From contig CT868674.1 of the NCBI GenBank assembly GCA_000165425.1, positions 124,001 through 188,000 of the forward strand: a DNA stretch of 64,000 nt, in the 5' to 3' direction. Made by a program: the position numbers and the translations under genes. The DNA comes from Paramecium tetraurelia. Lineage: Eukaryota. The notes beneath the pieces were generated by a model, which was given only the letters and a program-made list of their open reading frames with translations, was not told where the DNA came from and did not search any database. Of the stretch, positions 1 through 14,602 are shown one piece after another (the stretch's first letter is position 1; every line of letters begins with the position of its first letter).

Positions 1-484
1 TTGCTTGCTCCAACTGGTTCTGATCTGGATAGACACAAACCAGGAACCATTTTCGCAGGATTCCATTATGATTTGAATTTCCTCACCATTCACGGCAAGA
101 GTCGTTACCCTGGTTTGTATGTGTGGTTGAGAAATGGAGAGAGAATCTCAGTTGCTGTCCCAGAAGGTCACTTGCTCCTTTAAGCTGGTGCCCAATTCGA
201 TTTGCTCACTGGCGGATATGTGACTTGTGGATATCATGAAGTATTTTACAATCCCAATTTAGGTCATCTATACTGAAGAGGCCAAGAAAAAATACGAAGA
301 AAACAAGAAAGTCGGTAAGAGCACTTGGAGAGTCTCATCAACCCTATTTTCGCATATTAATTCCGATGTCACTCTTTAACCATTAGATAAATTCGCTAAG
401 CAAGGATTGCCACCAAAATACAAGCCCATCAAGGCATTTGATCAGGTCTAATAGGAATTGGAAGCCATCAAATTAAAGTTATGA
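1..484 (+). CDS. 2-oxoglutarate/Fe(II)-dependent oxygenase (isopenicillin N synthase-like), 5' truncated by window edge
   Basis: Contains HxD (FHYDLNFLT), distal His (GYHEV) and RxS (WRVSSTLF). 22-nt intron at 241-262. Ends ...EAIKLKL-TGA at 482-484. Confidence 0.85.
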
Positions 485-1109
485 TGCATATAAACTGATT
501 TGTATATGGCAATCAATATTAATATCAATATTAAAATTGACTTCTATAACTTATTCGTTCTTTGAAACAAATTTATTTTTATATTACTAATTTATATAAT
601 AAAAATTTATTAATTAATATAGGACATATGGAATCCCATTTTTAACCTAAAATTCCAATATAGAAATAAAAATCATTTAATATTCCCTTATTCGTGTAGA
701 TTATCTAGCATTGTGTTCGAGTTTGATTGATAATGCGAAATAGAGTGGTGGCTTAGCACAACACTTGGGGGGAGGGGAGGGAGAGTTAAAAATAGTAGAG
801 GGACTCCATTTGAGTTTGTGAATAGGGAAGCATTGTAAAATAAAATAACTAATTTGAATTTAATAATTAAATCATCAAAATGAAACGAATTCGAAGGAAT
901 TGAGGAAAGTTTAATTAAAGATAATGATGTTGTAATATTTTAACTAATTTATAATATTATTTATTAATTTTAGGAAATTAGAAAGAGTACAATTTGTGAA
1001 TGTGTAAAAAATTCTTATAGTTTTGAGATTGGGATAATTTTTATACTGATGTCAACGACAATATATGGTTTTTATTAATTATTAATATATAAATATTTGA
1101 TAATAAAAA

Positions 1110-4100
1110 ATGCTAACTCATTTACCAAAATGCGCATCATTGATACAAGATGAAAGATCTCTGGAGTACGACCGATTAACAAAGAGACTAGAGAAGTCAA
1201 TCGTTGAGAACTCCCTCTACAGATTGGCTACGGATATTAAATTTTTGTAAGGCTTTTATTCTGTTCACTCTTTCAATCAGGAGGAGAAGGAGAAGCTTTT
1301 CGCTCTATTGATTGAATACAGTCTTCAAAAGTATGTGTATAGTACAAAACATTTATTCTAAACCCCCTGCACTCCAAAAAAAATTAAACTATTTCTGTCA
1401 GCATTCACCAAGAAGATATGCAATAATATTTAGATTAAATACGAGGATCTGAAACAAATTTACGACGAAGTCAATCAGAATGGCTTAGATACAACATTCG
1501 ACAACACCGATTAATAAATCAGGAGAGGAATTTAGTGCTTGCAAGAGTAAAATTTTAGTTTACAAATAGATTTTTCGCATTATTTCGACACTTAATTCCA
1601 CCAAGTTACTTCCCCTAATTGATAGAAAACTATTTGCAAGGCGAGAATCTCAATCAGAGGTTGTTTAGAGTAGTAAAGTCAGAGCCCATCTCCACCTACA
1701 CAAAGAGTTTCGAGATGCTGATAGAATTTAAGAAGTCTTCGCATGTAGTTAGACAATTGGATCCATTTTTGATAGCCTAGTTGATCTCGTAAAATTATAA
1801 CATTCTACCTTTATAGATATCGTCCCGATTTGCCAATCGACAATTATTTGGACTTCATTTTGGAGGATATTTACAATAACTATATAGTGCTCTTATTAAA
1901 CATCTAAAACTTATCTAATTAAGCTCCCATCTAAATTCATCATGGCGGCATGAGACCCTCGGATTTCATTTAACCCTTGGTCTATTTGATTGGGTCCTCA
2001 TAGACTAGGTCTAAGGTGTGGGATACAATTGAGAGGATGTTTTTGGTCATTTCAGATTTGATTCATCCGAACAATGCAACTTCCAATGATTTTGTTTTCT
2101 CCTTTTTCTATATGTTCGTTAAGACTTTTGTTGAAAGAGTGGAGGCTTAGAATCAATAGTAGGAGAAGAATCAGGAGTAGGAGAATGTGTTAGAAAGTAT
2201 AGACATTTGTTTTTAAATAAGACAATATATTTACGAAGGATGAACAATTGTTTTTGTAGGATGAGGAGATGAATGATATGGATGAGGAGGAGGAAGAGGA
2301 GGAAGACGATAATGACAAGGAGAAGTTGTTTGATAAGAAGGAATTCATGATTGATTAGGAAGGCATTGACAAATTTATATCTATTGTCAAACCTCATTTA
2401 AAATACTTAATTTATCAGAAGACCAGGTTCAAGATTTAAGTGGCAGGAATATACAAAGTAAATTTGGATAATTCATCGATAGTCTTTATGTAAATTGAGA
2501 CCTAAGGAGATTTTACCTTATGTAATGGAGTAGATTTAATTGGCTTTAGAGAGGGATGATATGAAACCATTACTCATTATACACATAATTGAGAAGATTT
2601 TTAGGCCAGCAATTTAATTTGATCAATACCCTCAAATAATCAACTACATCCCATTTATATTAAGACAAACGACCAATTTCATATTGGATAGTGGAGAATA
2701 AATATGGAGATTTTATGACATCCTGTTTCAATACATTCCTATTTACGAAATCAAGGATCTAGAAGCTCAATATCCAAATCTAAATCTACAAGAAGGTATT
2801 CATCAATTCAATTATTAGAAATGAAAATCGATGACATCAACTTCTATTCGATCACCTAAGAAATAAGCGATTTGGCATTGGAAGCCTTCAGAAAATATGT
2901 TTCCACTTTTGAATATAGTGATGTCAAGTATCACAGCAGTCAAAGATGCTCAGAAATTATATTTTCAACGAGAAATAAATTCTATAATTTTGTGTTCTAG
3001 AGTTCCAAATCGAATTACAAAGAAATAGTCAATATTGTTTGTAATTATTTGGACGATAAAATACTCAATAACCTTTCAGATAATTTTGTTCTGCTTCTTT
3101 AAGCCATTATTTTGAGGGATCCTAATGTTCTAAAAGATGTTTTGACTGTAATTCAGAATCAACTCTTGAGACAAACAAAAGATCATTATGAATTTAATAT
3201 TTCGAACATCACAACAATTAGAAATTATTTAATTATAATCTATGAAACTATTTAGTTTTCAGGAAGTGTGAATAAATAGTATTACAAAATTTTGAAAAGC
3301 ATAATCGATCTAAGTTTGAAGCATGAAGAAACTAAAATACAATAAGCAGGTTAAAATATATTGGCTTGTCTACTCATGAGTTAATCAGCAATTCACATTA
3401 GAGACTTTTAATTTACCAATGATCCTACTATCTAGTTGGATTGGTTGAAATTGAAGCAAAAAGGTAAACAAGAGAAATATTTACCTAAATGGTAAGAAAT
3501 CGATGACCAAGAATTTATCAAATAGATTATGGATGATTACTATCATCCAGCTCTTTAATAAATTCGAGAAATCATTACATAAAAGGGAGACAACAAGTCT
3601 TTCGTTGAATATTTAAAGAATGATTTTCTATCACAATATGAATAACAATATCAATTGGATACAAAATAAAATTGCCAATAGATTGAACTTAAAATCAGGA
3701 AGAATCTCTCTCTGAATATTGACGTCATCTATGCATTTCTGAGACCACTCTATTTTAGGATGAAACAATACAATGAAAATTCAAGTGAGGCATTTAAGAA
3801 ATTCCAAGATCAATATTGTTTTGGTGTTTTAAATAAGATGTACAATGAAGTAAACTTATTACTATTATTAAGGTCATTCAATTTTGCATTGATTTTGTGC
3901 CTGTCTATATTAATAATGGATTAGCATTGGATGGAAAACTGGCTACCAGTTTTATCAATATCATCAAATTGTTAATACATGAGACTTCTGATAAAATTCA
4001 AAGGTTAGGCAAATGGTTGTAAGTGAAAACTAGATCTTCAGATACGAACAAGATCAAATTTTATAATAGATTCTAATCTTAGATGTTCTATACATATTTA

Positions 4101-6913
4101 TTAAATAATAGAATCGATTAAATTTATTACAATCAAATAATGAATCAATAAAATAGAGAGTACTTTATTCAAATTAATAATTTAGAATGCTTTTGATATC
4201 AATCCCATTCCTATTCGATTCCAATGAATTTAGTTACAAAGTGAATTGGATTTGGTTATCAAGCAGAATGGAATTATTGGATGATCGAGAATGGCTATAT
4301 GATTTGTTTAAGAAATTGTATGAGCAACTCAAAACAGTATTCAAAAATAAATGGTTCAATTAACAATACATTGAAAGTTTGAACGAAACTGAAAAATAAA
4401 AACTGTCCCTTTTCCAGAATCACTTTACTAAAGGATTTGCTAATTTCGTCAGTATCGTATCTAATCTAAATCCTGGACTGTTCTTAGATTCCTATTAGAT
4501 ATTTGATTGCGCATATCAAAGTATAATATCACCATACTATTCTACTTTTAGATTTGATAGACAAAGTGAATAGAGCTGATTTCAATTTGGATGTGTTAAG
4601 TTTAGTGTAAAAAATATCCTAAGCTAGTGTTGAACTTAATCAGGCTGATTTTGATAGAAAGCATAGTATAAATAATTATAGATTGTAGTTTTGATCATAA
4701 AAAATTAGGAAGTCTAGAAATACGTTGATTCTATTTTTGAATAGAGAAATCAATATTGGTTAGAACAGTAAACAAAGATAAGCAAAAGTTTGGTATCTTT
4801 GAATGAGAAATTAAACTCAATAGTAGAATTTTGGTTGAGCATTCCAATAGATGCAGGCACATCTAGATAATTGATCACTAATGGATGTGCTCTATTATTG
4901 ATGAGAACAGAAGAATTACCTCAATTGAATGAGAAGGTTATTTTGAAGGCATTCCATTGTTGTATCAGTTAGGAATTTAATATTCGAAGTTTAGGAAAGC
5001 TTTTGCTGTATAGATTAATTTAGATCTGTGTTTTTAAGCACAAATCATACAAGTATATAGCAAGAAAGCAAGAGGATTTCTAAAATGCCAATATCAATTT
5101 GGATCAGTACAATGTCTATAGATTTATATTGTCTGACGATTAGAAATATTACAAATTGAACGATTATCACAGGAAGGGCAAGATATTACTATACAACTCC
5201 CTTAAATATACTGAGATACAGAGGGAAGAAGCGAAGAAACACTTTAAGGTTCTCAAATCCATCAGTCCAGAGTAATGGCATCAATTTATCAACTTGATGA
5301 TCATTGATTAGAGTGTATTAGATTAGTAGCAATCATAATAGCCAATTATGCAATTCTAATATAATTAGGATAAATCATCAATAGCAAATTTATTCAACGA
5401 TGTCGATAATTAAGCCAATGAGCAATTCTTTTATAATTCTTATATGTAGGCTCCAATCAGATTTAGTTTGTTATATAAAAAAGTGTAGTTTATGAAATAT
5501 CTATTTGCGATTACAGATTATGAAGTGTTCAATCACACAAAGCATTTGATTGATCAAAACAATTTAGATCAATTGTCCTTTTAGAGAATTTATCTATCAG
5601 GTTTGCTTTATTCTTTGCATTCCTCTTGGGATTGCCAATACAAATAGTAGATAATCGACTATTGCATAGACAAGTTTGAGAAGATAATTATGGACTAATC
5701 CAGAGATGAATTTAAGACATTCTAGTATTACCTACATGTAGCCTTATCCAGATGTGACCTCAGAAAACAGGAGCAATTCTTGCTTTCGATTTTAGAAAAG
5801 GTGCAAAAAGAAAACGATAACAAAAAGCTGAGATGGATCTTCTTGTTTTATACTATTATTGAATCTAAGAAGCATTAATAGATCAAATTATTAGACAACA
5901 TACTATAAACCAATGTAGATTATTCAAATTTGAAGGCAGTTCAAACATTCATTCCACTGATCATTGATTAATAGAATAAATATCCCCATAACATTGAACT
6001 ATTGTAGGAGTTCGGTTTGTTAGAGAAATTCAGATAGCAAACTGAAATTTCGGTGGAATCAAAGTACTTCATCTTTGAAATTTCAGAGTTGTTTTCTAAA
6101 GGACTATATATCCTGGTCACTTAATTTTAGTAATAGAATATCAATGGGAAAATAAACATCATAGAAACCTTGTTTGAAGGTTGGAAGTCGAAGAAGTTCT
6201 TCATCAATCCATATATATTATAAAAAATGCAGCCAATTGTTGAGTATCTACTCACAATAAATGAGGAGAACAATTTACAACAATTAACATAGGGATTGTA
6301 GATCTTTTCAAACATAAGAATTAAAGAGTGTACTATTGTTTTAATTTAACTGACATTGAATTTATTGAAGGTTTCTTAAAATGCTGTCAGAGTAAGATAA
6401 TTGAACTTTTTAAAAGTATTATTTATGAAATTATACCTAGATACTCACAAAAGAGATATTGCATATCAACAGACCTGAAATATTGGAGAATATTGCCCAG
6501 TATTTGTTAGATGAAAATAAGGTAGTCATGTAATCATGTTTTGAACTTACAACTCAATTGATTCAACAAATGACTCTGCAAGAAGTGAATTAATAATTGG
6601 AAATCTATTTGAAATAAGTACATTTAATATAAAGGTTTAGGCTACGAATAAGGATACTGAACTTCAAGGCAAATAGGTGTTGATGGCTATGATAATGGCA
6701 CATCCAAGATACACTTAATCATGGATCAATTAGGCGTTGAAAGTAGTTTTAGAGAAACAGAATAAGTTGCTATAATAGCAGAAGACATTTGCAGCCAACT
6801 ATTTGAAACTGTACAGGGCAAACTAATTGATGGAGGTCGAGGATGTATAGATTTAGATAGAGTTTATTGAGAAGATGAGTGAACTGTCAAATCCTTATAA
6901 TTATTTTGCTTGA
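1110..6913 (+). CDS. PSME4: Proteasome activator PA200/Blm10 (PSME4)-like large HEAT-repeat protein
   Basis: About 5.8 kb multi-exon ORF in ciliate code starting MLTHLPKCASLIQDER. C-terminus ...MAHPRYTQSWI...LSNPYNYFA* resembles the Blm10/PA200 terminal YYA/YFA motif. Confidence 0.75.
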
Positions 6914-7032
6914 GACAAGATATTATCATAAATATATAAATATTTCTACAATTTCATTTATAAACAATTCAAGATAACAATAAAGGTTTTAGAACTCTTA
7001 TTAAATTATATTCCAATTAATATTTCAATTTA

Positions 7033-10000
7033 ATGGACTTATAAATAAAAAAGTTAACAACCGTGATTAATTAGTTATCCAATAAACTGGAGCAGTTGTA
7101 GGTCATCCAGAATTTTGAGTATAAACAAATATCAGATGTAAGGAAAGTATTTTAAGATTATCGTAGCTTTTATTAGAAATCAATCAAGTCAACGCTGAAA
7201 TATGTCTACTCATCTAGTCTGTGATAAGTATTGATGTAAGCCAATTAATGGACAAGATCTTCATGTGTCTCCAAAATCTATTGGTTCATGTTTTGAAGAG
7301 CAGAGAACAATTGAATTCCAAGAAAATACATTAAAAGTCTTCATCCATTTAATTAGTTGATGCGTGTGTCCAAAACCAAACGACACAACAAAGTCTATTG
7401 GGAGGAGTATATGTTTCAAAGTAAGGAAATCCCTCCTTGAAGGTCAAAAATATTACACAAGTACCTTGGTATGATACATCTCAAGTGATCCATGTTCCAA
7501 AGAAGTCTGTTGATAAATACACTTGTACGACTGAGGATTATTATTTAAACTGTTCAAAGGCAATATCGGACTCTGGTAAGAGAGAATTGGAGTTTGAGAG
7601 CATCCTCTAATTTGCAAATGAATCAATTGCCCTTATGGGAGAGGCATTATAGAATAAAATACTGCGAGATTACAAGGAGAAAGGGAAACCAGAAGAACTG
7701 GAGAAATTGATGAATGCTATCAAATTTAAAAAGGATGATTTGGAACATATTATAAAAGGTGTTGATTTAGAGTTATTGAAGGATAAAGTTGAAAATTATG
7801 AATTTGTTGAATCAGAAATTAAAAATCATATCATATAAGTATAAAAAGAGACAGCAGAGAGAGTGTTTCTATATTGTAAATAATTATTCAAGGAACAAAT
7901 TAAAAAGGGCAAATATCAATTACAAGATTAATTGAACAGATAGAATACCTTTTCAAAAGGGGATGAGTGTAGATGTTCAATTTATGTTGGGGAGATCGTG
8001 TCTCTCTAGAACAAGACTGAATCTTAGTCTTAATTGATTAACAAATAAGTTGGGGATCTGAAAGAAAAGGATAGAGTAATTTAAGATTTGGAATTGTAAA
8101 TGAAGTTAATTGATGGTCAATTGAAGTAGAATTTATTAGAGAAGTAAGACTTGAAATAAAAAATCGATTCCTAATAAAATATATAACGAAGAGGGTCAAT
8201 ACTGCAAAGACAATCTAGTTTCATGAAGAATATCCAATAAGGTGATGAGTAGAATTAAGATTAACAATAATCATCAATCAGTCCAAATAGAAAAATGTCA
8301 AGAGAGGAGAAAATTCCATTGAATAGGAATACAAAATCCCAGATTTCATTGCCATTCTAATAAATAGTTGAGAATTTGGATGATGACTAAATTAGCACTA
8401 TAATTTAGAAGGATAAGATGCTAGAGAGATTGATTGTACTTACTAATGCCTTGGATAAAGTAAATAAAGACAGAAGATTATCACAACTACAATATGTAGT
8501 GGAACAAAAAGGAAATAGACAATTGACAGATCTGCTTGATTTAATTAAGGATATTGAAGAGAATGACCTATAATTTAAAGATACAAAGTCATTCTGTCAT
8601 AGTCAACAAGATTTTGATGATTCTCGATCTCCTATTAACGTGCCTAAACACTATCATTCCCAACATATCGTGGATTAAGGAGAAGCACCTCCAAGATAAA
8701 AGTTTTAATCCACTCGGGAATTGAATTCTCCAAGAGTCTCACATTTAGAGTAAATCAAAGAAATTGATGAGAACAAACACATTCTCCTTATTCCCATAGA
8801 GCAGAAAGTTGCTTAAAGGAAGCAATCGAAAAACACAAGCCAATCTAGTTTTAATGATAGCAATCAATAACTTGATGATGCATCACCTGAGAGTAAATAG
8901 AAACACAGGGTAACAAGAGCATAATCGAATAATAATCAAAAGATATTTGAAAATAAAACTGAAAAAGTCAAAAGGACTAGTTCAATCAAATTAAAAATCA
9001 ACAGAAAAATCTCAAATCAAAATACATCAAATGATATTCTCTCGAATCCTTATGGAGCTTCAACTGCTTTACCAATTAATTCAGGTAGTTTAACAGAAAG
9101 ATTGCCTTTGCGACAAGGTACATAATAGGATGATCAATTCAAATTTGAAAAAAACATTGAAAACGATGAAACATAAATGAAGTCTTCTACAAACAATCAC
9201 AGTCTTCATGATAAACCTTATCACAATTAATTATAATCAGGTTCAACTACTTAACATCATACTCCTAATAATTCTTCTCGATTAACCAAATTGAAATCGA
9301 TTAATTAAAATAGTGATAACATTTCATCTAAATATGCATCTAACTAAAAGAGCATCGCTGAAAATAGTGTTTAAAATGCAATACAGAACCTTTAATAAAC
9401 CAAATTTCAAGATATGCAAAGCTAGCCTTAAGAAATATTCCAAATTCAAGAAGAAAATGATAAATTAATTAAAAAGTAATCCCTAGCCACTCATAACAAT
9501 AATAATGGTGCCTAATTAAAGTAAACTTCGTTGTAGAATAATTAAGTGTAGCAATCATCATAAAGAGAATCTACATCCATTAATTTAAACATCATCAATG
9601 AAAATAAAAGACCTTAGAAAACTAATCAATATACAAACAATCCTAATTTCGATGACACTAATGGCGAATCTAGTAATAGATCACAAAGAAAAATGAGTCG
9701 ATAAAATATGTCTCCTAATTCCAATTACAAGACTGTAGGAAATGAACCAGCGAATGTCCAATCTTACAAGTAATCACTTCTCGATCGATTGACCTAATAG
9801 AATGATTTGAAACCGTAAATTACTAATCATAAAACTCAGACCTGTATTGAAAATTTAGAATCCAAAAAGTAAGATGCGTTTATTAAAGATTATATTAAAA
9901 AGTAAAAAGAAGATTTCGAGAAGAAACAGAAGGAAGAACGAGTGATGTTTGATTAAACCCTGTTCGATATTGCTGAACAATAGGAAGAACAAATCATTAA

Positions 10001-10367
10001 ATATGCACTTAATAATACTTAAGGCTATATGATCTCCCAAGATATTAATGATTCTATTGTTAAATAGATGTATTAAAACTTAAAAGATAATGGAACACAG
10101 ATCACCTAAACGATCAATAAATTTTATCAAAAACAAGAAAATTAAAATATTGATTTCTAAGATTTTCAAAATTTTGTCTCTAAATTCCAAAATCTGCATA
10201 AAAGATGTGGAAAAGATTGCATTCATGTCACTAGGTATAAATTCATAATAATTTTATTAAGATTTTACATGAGATTAGGATTTATACCGATTAAATATTT
10301 GAATAAAAGAAAAGCAATGAGATTAGCAAAACCAGTTGTATTACCAGGTTTCCCTAAAGTAACTTGA
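7033..10367 (+). CDS. Hypothetical Q/N/S-rich coiled-coil protein with C-terminal HKRCGKDCIH motif
   Basis: Long ciliate-code frame from MDLQIKKLTT to ...PGFPKVT-TGA, with short introns near 7190-7220 and 10235-10261. Confidence 0.7.
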
Positions 10368-10410
10368 TTAATTATTATAAATCTAATCTTCTTTTTAATA
10401 TACATATTTC

Positions 10411-11329
10411 TCAAGAAATATTTGAATTAGCTAATGTTTTGCTAACAATTGGACCTTAGGAGGTTGTCAAAAGATGGCCTAAACAGTTAATACTCATCAA
10501 TACCATCAAAGACTGCTTAAAGATTTCCATTTGTCTTTAAAAGTGGTGCCACCTTTTCCCATTGTCCCTTCTTTGGATTCAAGACTTCTTCTCTTTCATC
10601 CTTGAAAATGGCTTCATTTCCTTAGACCTTGACTCTCTCACCTACTTTGCTTCCAGGAGCTGGTCTCATCAATTCCACCTTTGTGTGAGTAGCATCAGAT
10701 GCACATAACACCATACCATTAGACATAAATCCTAAACATGATAGCAATGTATATAATACCTGCTAATTTTCTACCTTTGAGATTCACTAACACTAAGACT
10801 TATCCAGTCATCTCTTCAATAGGTACGAATTATTATAATCCTGAAGCAATCTATCTGATTTCACCTCCGATATCAATTTCTTCACAATATAATTTATCAG
10901 ATTCTTCATGCTAAATTTAAATGATGAAAATACCTTCCAAACTTTCTTTAATTCACCAACTCTTATATCTACGTTCACAAAATCTGTAAAGGGTCCAAGA
11001 TCTTAAGGAGCTGGAGCTGGGGCCTTTTTACCTCCTTATGGTTATTATTATTATTATGGTTTTTTTTCTTTTTAGGGTTACTTTTCCTTTTATTCAGTTT
11101 ATTCCTTCTTTTGAGGTTATTCTGCCTTTTTCTCAGGCTATTCCTTTTGCTATTGAGGTTCAGCCTTCTATTCTACCTTTGGATTTGCTTCATTTTCTTA
11201 TTTGGTATTAAGTTGAATGAATTCAGCAAATGGGGATGGTTTATGTTCAACTCCCAAACTCTTTTCCAACTAATGAATGATTGTTTCAAGTTTGATTAAG
11301 GTTGGTTTAAATTAGGATATTGTGCTCAT
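10411..11329 (-). CDS. tRNA-binding OB-fold protein (Arc1p/AIMP1/EMAP-II type)
   Basis: VDIRVGEIKKVWKHEESDKLYCEEIDIGGEIRQIASGL...VNLKGRKLAGFMSNGMVLCAS, with a K/E/Q-rich linker and three tiny introns. Confidence 0.9.
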
Positions 11330-11408
11330 TTTTAAAATGTACTTAAATTACAGAATTAAATTCATAAATATTTAGATATAAATAATAGTTAAATAATTAT
11401 TAATGATA

Positions 11409-14160
11409 TCATTTTGATTTTAATGGAGGTAGTAATTTTCTATGTGATTTAAGGTTCGTTTTATTGGAAGCACAAAAGGACTATTAGAATGAGGTGGGTA
11501 TAAAGAATTTGTTAATCATTTGGTTTGATTTCTATTTCAAAGATCTTGCCGAACAATTCTAACTTTTTTCGCATTTCTCCTTATCTTACACTGTGATATT
11601 CTCCATTGATTTCTTAAGATTGGATTTTTGGATTAATGAGAAATCTAAAAACTTTCCCTAACTCTCCACTCTAGCAGTAGTATTGCATTGATTCTTAATT
11701 CTGTTGTTTAATTGTAATATTTTAAATTTATTTTGAGACGGACTTGCACTCGTTTGATTCTACTCCATCTTCTAATTTTCCTATTCCAATTCATTTACAC
11801 TATCTTAGAAGATCTAAGTTCTTGGCGAATTGTGATTCAAATACTGTAAGAAGAATAATAGCTTAAATTACTAAAATTAAAATTGTACATTCATACTTAT
11901 CTTATTTGCTATTCTTTTAGGAACTGGTCTAATTGTTATTAATAAGTCAATGGAATTTTTTCATGAAACTTCCTTGTGATCCACGGATGCATCAAGGCTT
12001 AACTTACATTGTATCTGTCTATAGGATTGACATTAATTAATTTAAAAAATAGATCTTGAGCCAAAGGTGTCATACTCTAGGGGATATCGATGGAAGGGTT
12101 GAGGATTTTGTTGATGAACTCATACTTAGTATCGTCTTTATTATAAAAGGGATGTTTTCCTGCATTTAATAGCATATAAAGGAGAATTCCACAACTCCAG
12201 GCATCCACTTATTTGCTATACTAATTAAATTTTAGAATAAGTAATCTACATATTTTTCAGTAAACTGTTCTGGTGCCATATAAATGATAGTTCCGCATTT
12301 TTTATTCAATAATTTATGAAAAGTGCCTTCGCTAGATGAGAATCGAAAACTCAACCCAAAATCAGCAATTTTAACACTTGTTCCTGCCAACATAATGTTC
12401 TCTGGTTTAATGTCTCTATGAATAATTGATCTATCATGCAAGTAGTTCACTCCTTCCAAAATTGACTTCATGATAACTGCTGCCTCCTATTCGTTTAAAT
12501 GCTTCTCCTTCATTTTCTACGCTAAAGTGCCACCTTCCATGTATTCCATAATTATATAATAGTACTTTTTGTTTTCTGAAATCTTAATAAATGTTTTTTA
12601 CTCATACTCTCTTGCATCTCACAATATTGGGATGATTCAATTGTAAATAGATATCCTATTCAGGTGTAGTACTATTGTAAACTATTTTCGAAATAACCTC
12701 TTAATTGATGTTGGAATTACCTTGACTGCACAAATAGATTTGTCTGTTAAATCTATTGCTTTGTAGACTTTACCAAAACTGCCCTCTCCTATCTTGCATA
12801 TTTCCTTCAACTGATGTAATTACTACAGAAATTGGATGTCTTCACCTGTGAACATCTTTAATTAGGTAGTTAAAATAAAATTATCATTTATATTATAAAA
12901 TAACTTATACATCTTATCTCTGTATCAATGTCTGTAATTTATTCAGGTAGATCTCATACAAGTAATCACTGGCAGATGAATAAAATTCAATTGCCTAGTT
13001 TCATATCAACTGCAATATATTACTTATTGATATAAATCCATCAGTTTATTAATTGTCTATTGATTAAATTTCTTATCAATCTCATTCTCCAATTAGTTTA
13101 GATTCTTCATGATTGAGTTGATCTTCTATTTCTCAGCCAATTGCTAATCCCCGAAAACCATATAAGAATTGGATGTCATTCGCACATGTTGATATTGATT
13201 CAATCTCCTCAAGAACAACCTGATAAACTTGTCATATTCATTTATCGTAAATATCTATTGTTCTTCTTGTTTGTTTTTATAATTCTTCCAAGTGATCGAC
13301 AATTACGTGCTATTGTCTTTCTTTCTTTTTAATTAGACACAACTCTAGAGGGGAGCCCTGAATATCAGTCTAACATAATCATCCTTCCCTTCTATCATCT
13401 CAAATAAATAAAAATGAGCATCACTCAATCCAATCAACCTTTTTATTATTATATATATTCTAACCTCACTTAAATATTTTAGAAAAAGGCATTCTATTAT
13501 TAAATTGTTGGAAATCTGGCTAAATCTGGAAAATCCTTTAATTCATCTATTGAATAGGAACTACCTAAATAATATTGACCTATGTTTTAAAGATAGATCT
13601 TATCAAATCTATTCAATAATACACGATCCTATGAATCATATTATTAAGTGGAATACTAAAAATGATGGGATCTATTTAATTATGGAAACCAAAGATAATT
13701 TGTAATTCCATGGCTGCAACAATACATCGGCTATCAAGTTTTCTGCCATCTGCCAAAGGTAGGCCTAACGAACTTGACTAAAATATTAAGAATTACAGTA
13801 GTTTTGCACACTATCCTCACATCCTTCACTTGGATACTGAGCACCCAATTTATATTGTAAAGACAATCAAATCTATATTTTACAACTCATTATTTGCATA
13901 GACCTCTACCTTTTATTTGATCCCAATCTTATTATTGATAACCATTATTACATCCAATTCTATCCATCTCTTTGATTTGGTATTTTGAACAAAATTCAAT
14001 TCATATTTCTCTTTGGTACATAATTATACGACTTTCATTCATTTTCTAATTTATAATTGCTCTCAACCTGCAGTGAATCGTTTAACTTGTCCTTCCAAAC
14101 TAAACAACTCTTTAGACCACTAAATAATTGCTTCTATCTTTGAATTCTCCCCTTGAACAT
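11409..14160 (-). CDS. Ser/Thr protein kinase (CAMK-group-like) with long N-terminal extension; start approximate
   Basis: [48 protein letters not shown]. The frame continues upstream through short introns to about 14040-14160. Confidence 0.8.
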
Positions 14161-14185
14161 TCATTTTTATATTATAATTATATTA

Positions 14186-14533
14186 ATGAATAATGATGAT
14201 TAAGATGATTGGTATGACTCCAATCTCGATCAAAAAGAAATCGAAAGACAAATAGCAGAAAAAGACCAATAAATTATGATCAATTAATTAGAAAAAGAAG
14301 GCTATCGGGAAGGATTGGTGCGTACGACTGAGGAGGAAGAACAAAACTTAATTAAAAAAGGTTTTAATGATGGATTCGCTGCAGCTAGACACTAATTTAA
14401 GGTCATTTAAACTATTGATTTGGTGTTATAAAATTAGAAATTTTTTTCAGAGAACATCGTACTCAAATGTGAATAATTAAAAACATAGTAAAATTATGAT
14501 CAAGTTGATTTGGATCAATTATTAGGAAATTGA
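14186..14533 (+). CDS. Yae1/Lto1-family protein (GX3-repeat CIA adaptor for ABCE1/Rli1), Yae1-like
   Basis: Intronless 115-aa ORF: acidic N-terminus, then EKEGYREGLV...IKKGFNDGFAAA, matching the Yae1_N pattern. Confidence 0.65.
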
Positions 14534-14602
14534 TTTTGAATTTTTTGCTATAAAGTAAAATATCAATTATAATAATATTAAATAAATAATTTATCGTTTT
14601 TA

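Noticed and set aside
2119..2397. Hydrophobic minus-strand ORF from the supplied track (likewise 9855-10040, 11111-11299, 21831-22043, 25385-25648, 27660-27998, 32884-33159, 37783-38022)
   Set aside because: These are antisense shadows of real genes on the opposite strand, produced by using the standard code.
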